From a virus (taxonomy: Duplodnaviria; Caudoviricetes): a stretch of 28,247 nucleotides of DNA. The position numbers and the translations under genes were made by a program. Numbering within the stretch: position 1 is the first letter of the stretch; every line of letters starts with the position of its first letter. This document shows positions 24,635-28,247 of the stretch, piece by piece. The stretch is from positions 1 to 28,247 of the IMG/VR virus record IMGVR_UViG_3300036546_000044; one strand, given 5' to 3'. The notes below the pieces were generated by a model. The model saw nothing but the letters and a program-made list of their open reading frames with translations, did no database searches and had not been told where the DNA came from.

Positions 24635-25160
24635 AGAAGCAAATAAAATACTTGCGACTTTAAAAGCAACATATCCTGCCGGTTATAAGGATATGCAAGA
24701 TAATGATTTCATAGCTATTGTTGGCGTTTGGTCAAGGGTTTTTAAAGATCATAATTATATTGACGTGAGCAATGCAGTTGATTCTGTCATAGCTACTAAC
24801 AAAACGAACTTTCCACCATCCCCGGGGCTGGTCATGGATCAGTTAATTAAAATAACATCAAGTCCAGAAATGACCGAAATGGAGGCATGGCAATTAGTTT
24901 TTAAAGCGATAAAGAACTCTGCATGGCATTCCAAAGAAGAGTTTAACAAATTACCGCTGGTACTACAAAATTCAGTTGGATCACCTGAGATGCTTAAAAG
25001 TTGGGCAGAAATGCCGGTGGACACCATACAAAGCGTGGTGCAATCAAACTTTATGAGGACGTTCAGGGCTAAGAAAATACAAGATAATGAACATAAAGCG
25101 TTACCTAGCGATGTTAAAAATATGATGAAAAGTTTAAGCGAGGGATTGTGCATTGAATAA
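24624..25160 (+). CDS. Replicative helicase loader/inhibitor (SPP1 G39P-like)
   Basis: MT..EA.KILA.LKA.YP...W...F.D..Y..V..AV...I.T...FPP and EAW..V.KAI motifs; follows the initiator. Confidence 0.78.
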   Translation: MTNKEANKILATLKATYPAGYKDMQDNDFIAIVGVWSRVFKDHNYIDVSNAVDSVIATNKTNFPPSPGLVMDQLIKITSSPEMTEMEAWQLVFKAIKNSAWHSKEEFNKLPLVLQNSVGSPEMLKSWAEMPVDTIQSVVQSNFMRTFRAKKIQDNEHKALPSDVKNMMKSLSEGLCIE

Positions 25161-25398
25161 TTATGATTCAGTTATAAGAGAAATGAGAAAGATCCATAAT
25201 AAAAAATGGGAATGCAATAAAATTGACAATTGTTTGCCGATCGAGTCGGAGAAATTTTACAAGCATGCAAGGTTTGTGGTTTTTGACGGTTATATGGCGA
25301 TTACAACAAAGAGTAATGGCGTTTTAGTTGGAGACACTGACAAATTAAAAGTGCTGTTAAATGAGGCACTAGAAGTTATTGAAATGTACGAGAAATAA
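25153..25398 (+). CDS. Hypothetical protein
   Basis: 81 aa ORF, TTG start after GAGGG. Confidence 0.58.
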   Translation: MNNYDSVIREMRKIHNKKWECNKIDNCLPIESEKFYKHARFVVFDGYMAITTKSNGVLVGDTDKLKVLLNEALEVIEMYEK

Positions 25399-25419
25399 TA
25401 TTTAAAGCGAGGAAGAAAG

Positions 25420-25809
25420 ATGAATTATATGCCGGAAGTTTTGAAGATGTTAGGAGTAGAAGTTGGTGAGAAGTTTAAAGTAAAAGAGTTTGATAATAAC
25501 CCATATCATTTTGATTGCGAATATATTTTGGTTGATTCAAATAACAATGACATGGAATTCCAAAATATAACGCAAATATTAAGAGGGGTAATTGAAATAG
25601 AAAAACTACCATGGAAACCGAAAGAAGGTGAATATTATTACGCCGTTTTGCATAACGGTAGTATTGATTTTTTTAGATGGGGTTTAAAATGGCATCATTA
25701 TTACTGTTACAATTCCGGAAATTGTTTCCGCACAAAAGAAGAAATAACACCAGAAATAAAACAACGTATTTTATCTGAAATGAAAGGAAAGTACGAGAAT
25801 GACATATGA
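25420..25809 (+). CDS. Conserved-type hypothetical phage protein
   Basis: GAGG RBS; MLGVEVGEKF, LPWKPK.GE.YY and GNCFRTKEE motifs seen in Firmicutes phages. Confidence 0.72.
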   Translation: MNYMPEVLKMLGVEVGEKFKVKEFDNNPYHFDCEYILVDSNNNDMEFQNITQILRGVIEIEKLPWKPKEGEYYYAVLHNGSIDFFRWGLKWHHYYCYNSGNCFRTKEEITPEIKQRILSEMKGKYENDI

Positions 25810-26029
25810 TATAAAATATGACTGGCTAAGTGATGATTTGCCGAATGATTATTATTTCAAGTCACTTGTAAAAAAAGCGAACAAATACAAATTAGAGTTA
25901 TGTGACGATGATTTTAAAATGCTTTATGAAGTTGAAAAATCAGAAAAAGATGTTGATTGGATTTTAAACCAAATGTCCAATTATAAAAAAACACTAAAAA
26001 AAGCTATGTTAAGCTACATTATTTCTTAA
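25799..26029 (+). CDS. Hypothetical protein flanked by 18-nt direct repeats
   Basis: AT-rich 76 aa ORF; AGGA RBS lies within the repeat. Confidence 0.6.
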   Translation: MTYDIKYDWLSDDLPNDYYFKSLVKKANKYKLELCDDDFKMLYEVEKSEKDVDWILNQMSNYKKTLKKAMLSYIIS

Positions 26030-26046
26030 TAGAGGAAAGTACGAGA

Positions 26047-26262
26047 ATGATTGAGAAAATGAAAATGATTGAATATTTAACCGATGGAGTAAAAAAAGAA
26101 CTTGAATTAATTGAGCGATACAAAGAACACGTAAGATCAGATAAAAAGTATTGGGAATGGAAGGGAAGAAGGCCAAGCAAGCAATTAATTATTGACAATT
26201 TAAAGATGGTTAGACGGATATCACTGGAAATTGAAAACGAACTAAAAAGCACGATATTATGA
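26047..26262 (+). CDS. Hypothetical protein
   Basis: GAGGA RBS; 71 aa ORF. Confidence 0.65.
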   Translation: MIEKMKMIEYLTDGVKKELELIERYKEHVRSDKKYWEWKGRRPSKQLIIDNLKMVRRISLEIENELKSTIL

Positions 26263-26420
26263 AAACATTTAAAATCAAACTAGACGTGCCGAAAGATTTT
26301 GAGCCCGGGCAGTGCGATGTTTGCCCGTATAGTAATAACCACGATGACCGCAGGATTGACTATTGTGATCTTGACATACACGAGCGGTTTTTGTGGTGCA
26401 TATTGGAGGAAATAGAGTGA
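26259..26420 (+). CDS. Small Cys-containing hypothetical protein (53 aa)
   Basis: ATGA and GTGA overlaps with both neighbours; CDVCPY...YC motif. Confidence 0.58.
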   Translation: MKTFKIKLDVPKDFEPGQCDVCPYSNNHDDRRIDYCDLDIHERFLWCILEEIE

Positions 26421-26893
26421 AAAAAATACTAGATGCGTGCTGTGGAAGTAAGATGTTTTGGTTTGATAGAAACAATAAGGATGTTTTGTTTATGGATAAT
26501 AACCCGAGAAACGAGGAATTGTGCGACGGTAGAAAATTAATTGTCGAGCCAGACGTTGTGGCTGACTTTAAAGATATGCCGTTTGATGATAACTCTTTTA
26601 ATTTGGTTGTTTTTGATCCACCGCACTTAATAAATGTCGGAGAAAAATCATGGATGTTTAAAAAATATGGCAAATTAAAAAAAGAAACATGGGCTAATGA
26701 TATAAAAAAAGGTTTTGATGAATGCATGAGGGTTTTAAAGTATGACGGGACACTTATTTTTAAGTGGAATGAAGAACAAATAAAATTAAATGAGATTATA
26801 AAAGCGATAGGTTCCGACCCGCTGTTTGGCAACAAAAGAAGTAAAACGCATTGGTTAGTTTATATGAAAGGCGTTACATATGTTAAAAAATAA
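26417..26893 (+). CDS. SAM-dependent (DNA amino-) methyltransferase
   Basis: GTG 26417 after GGAGG; motif I ILDACCGSKMFW and catalytic-type VVFDPPH motif. Confidence 0.85.
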   Translation: MKKILDACCGSKMFWFDRNNKDVLFMDNNPRNEELCDGRKLIVEPDVVADFKDMPFDDNSFNLVVFDPPHLINVGEKSWMFKKYGKLKKETWANDIKKGFDECMRVLKYDGTLIFKWNEEQIKLNEIIKAIGSDPLFGNKRSKTHWLVYMKGVTYVKK

Positions 26894-27431
26894 CGGGAAA
26901 AGATTTGAGCAAAACATAAAAGCATCGTGTGAAAAGCAAGGGATATTGTTTGAGCGGTTTATTGATGGTAACAAATGGGGAGGTGGCAATGCAGATACTA
27001 TCAGATTTACGCCTGAAAGCCCTTGTGACGGTTTTATTTACTGGAATGGCATACTTACTTACTTAGAACTTAAAACAGCTTGTACGGGGTCTATAAGCTT
27101 TAATAATCCACCTGATATACAAGACCGCACAAAGGCTAAACCGTCGATTAAAGCGCACCAGGTTAAAACGCTATTGAACCGGAAAGAGTTTGACGGTGTA
27201 GAAGCTGGGTTATTGGTAGAGTTCAGCGACCGGGAAACGAAAACACAGACGATAACCGGGGGAACGTTTTACATTGATATTGGTGATTTCTTCCTCTGGG
27301 CAGTGCATAGCGGGAAAAAATCAATGAACGTGAAAGATGCTGAATTAATAGGATTGCCAGTAAGCAAGAAATTAAAAAAGGTAAACGCCGATTATGATAT
27401 CGAACGGATGTTAAAAGCAATACTTGATTAG
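26880..27431 (+). CDS. RecU-like Holliday junction resolvase
   Basis: N.GKRFEQ, PCD.F.Y....L..LELKT....ISF and IK.HQ...L motifs of PD-(D/E)XK RecU-type nucleases. Confidence 0.75.
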   Translation: MLKNNGKRFEQNIKASCEKQGILFERFIDGNKWGGGNADTIRFTPESPCDGFIYWNGILTYLELKTACTGSISFNNPPDIQDRTKAKPSIKAHQVKTLLNRKEFDGVEAGLLVEFSDRETKTQTITGGTFYIDIGDFFLWAVHSGKKSMNVKDAELIGLPVSKKLKKVNADYDIERMLKAILD

Positions 27432-27540
27432 TGTAAAATATAGCACAAAAATAACAAAATATTACCCTTTGTTTTACCTGAGTTGTGGCTTAACAAGGGG
27501 TATGATTGTATCAAGAAATTAAATAAACGGAGGTTGTTAA

Positions 27541-27792
27541 ATGAAAGCGTATAAAGTTTTTAACAGTGATTGGACGTGTCGAGGATTCCAGTATCAGGTT
27601 GGTGAAACCTATGAGGAAAAAGTTAACCCCAGCGTATGCGACCGAGGATTTCATTTCTGCAAGAAGTTAGCCGATGATTTAGACGTTAGCAGTTTATACA
27701 ATGAGCCAATAGGAGAATGCCCTTACATGATGATGGCTGAAATGGAGAAAGCTAAAAATCCGACGTATGGGACGATAATTAAGGAGGTTTAA
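27541..27792 (+). CDS. Hypothetical phage protein with a conserved YK.F..D.TCRGFQY N-terminal domain, apparently truncated
   Basis: GGAGG RBS; MKAYKVFNSDWTCRGFQYQVGETY...CDRGFHFC. Confidence 0.68.
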   Translation: MKAYKVFNSDWTCRGFQYQVGETYEEKVNPSVCDRGFHFCKKLADDLDVSSLYNEPIGECPYMMMAEMEKAKNPTYGTIIKEV

Positions 27793-27948
27793 ATGAATAT
27801 CGGAATTTTATTTGTAGGCATATTTTGCATAATTGTTTTTGTTTTTTTATTTTGCATTGGTATTTAATTGTTCTTTATATTTCTCGATTTTTTAGGTCAT
27901 ACAATAAAACTTGCAACAGATAAGATGGATGATTTTTTCAAAAATTAA
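27793..27948 (+). pseudogene. Small membrane protein interrupted by an in-frame TAA (or a 24-aa peptide, 27793-27867)
   Basis: Strong AAGGAGG RBS; MNIGILFVGIFCIIVFVFLFCIGI*LFFIFLDFLGHTIKLATDKMDDFFKN*. Confidence 0.4.
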
Positions 27949-27970
27949 AATAAAAACATTAGGGGGAAAG

Positions 27971-28201
27971 ATGAACTTATTCAGCAAAATAAAAAGACTA
28001 TTTGGAATTGAACAGACAAGCAGGGTTTTATTGAAGCGTGAGACATTAGAACCTGACAACGACTATGTGACAAGGCAGATCGTAATGGATGCCAGCGGAA
28101 AAGTGCATGAGGTGTATTATCATAACAGGTGTACTGATTATTTAATTGGTGACGTGTTGCCTGAACAAACAAAAGAAAGTTTATGGAGAATGGTAAGATG
28201 A
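27971..28201 (+). CDS. Hypothetical protein
   Basis: AGGGGG RBS before ATG 27971. Confidence 0.62.
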   Translation: MNLFSKIKRLFGIEQTSRVLLKRETLEPDNDYVTRQIVMDASGKVHEVYYHNRCTDYLIGDVLPEQTKESLWRMVR

Positions 28202-28247
28202 CTTTTGTTCAGAAAATTAAAGATTGCATTGGTTTATCAATAGGAGG

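Larger units (their letters stand above)
1..28247 (+). mobile_element. Tailed bacteriophage/prophage genome segment (contractile-tail type, Firmicutes host)
   Basis: Continuous head-tail-lysis-replication gene order; no host genes visible. Confidence 0.95.

Noticed and set aside
1-28247. Minus-strand ORFs in the supplied track (e.g. 13113-13688, 15185-15649, 26275-26835)
   Set aside because: They lie opposite well-supported + strand genes, lack convincing RBSs and have no recognisable motifs; treated as shadow ORFs.

Overview
The window holds most of a tailed, low-GC Firmicutes (probably clostridial) phage or prophage, with every supported gene on the + strand. The order is: end of the minor head gene, scaffold, major capsid, head-tail joining genes, a contractile-type tail (sheath, tube, chaperone, tape measure, baseplate hub/spike/wedge/J), first tail-fibre cluster, lysis cassette (two holin-like genes, a ComEA-like gene, ChW-amidase endolysin), a separately promoted second fibre module (17492-19696), then early and replication genes (Sak/Rad52-like recombinase, SSB, HTH regulators, initiator with iterons, helicase loader, orphan methyltransferase, RecU-like resolvase). 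Terminase, portal, integrase and a CI-type lysogeny module are not in the window. The strongest signal is in the second fibre gene. It carries a 142-nt tract with only 3 adenines and the codon pattern of a diversity-generating retroelement (DGR) variable repeat, yet I found no template repeat, Avd or reverse transcriptase in the window. Its C-type-lectin-like domain also appears circularly permuted, so the variable repeat is internal rather than C-terminal. Two candidate small RNAs bracket this module, and one is complementary to the ribosome-binding site of the first early gene. Family names come from recalled motifs and synteny, not from database searches.
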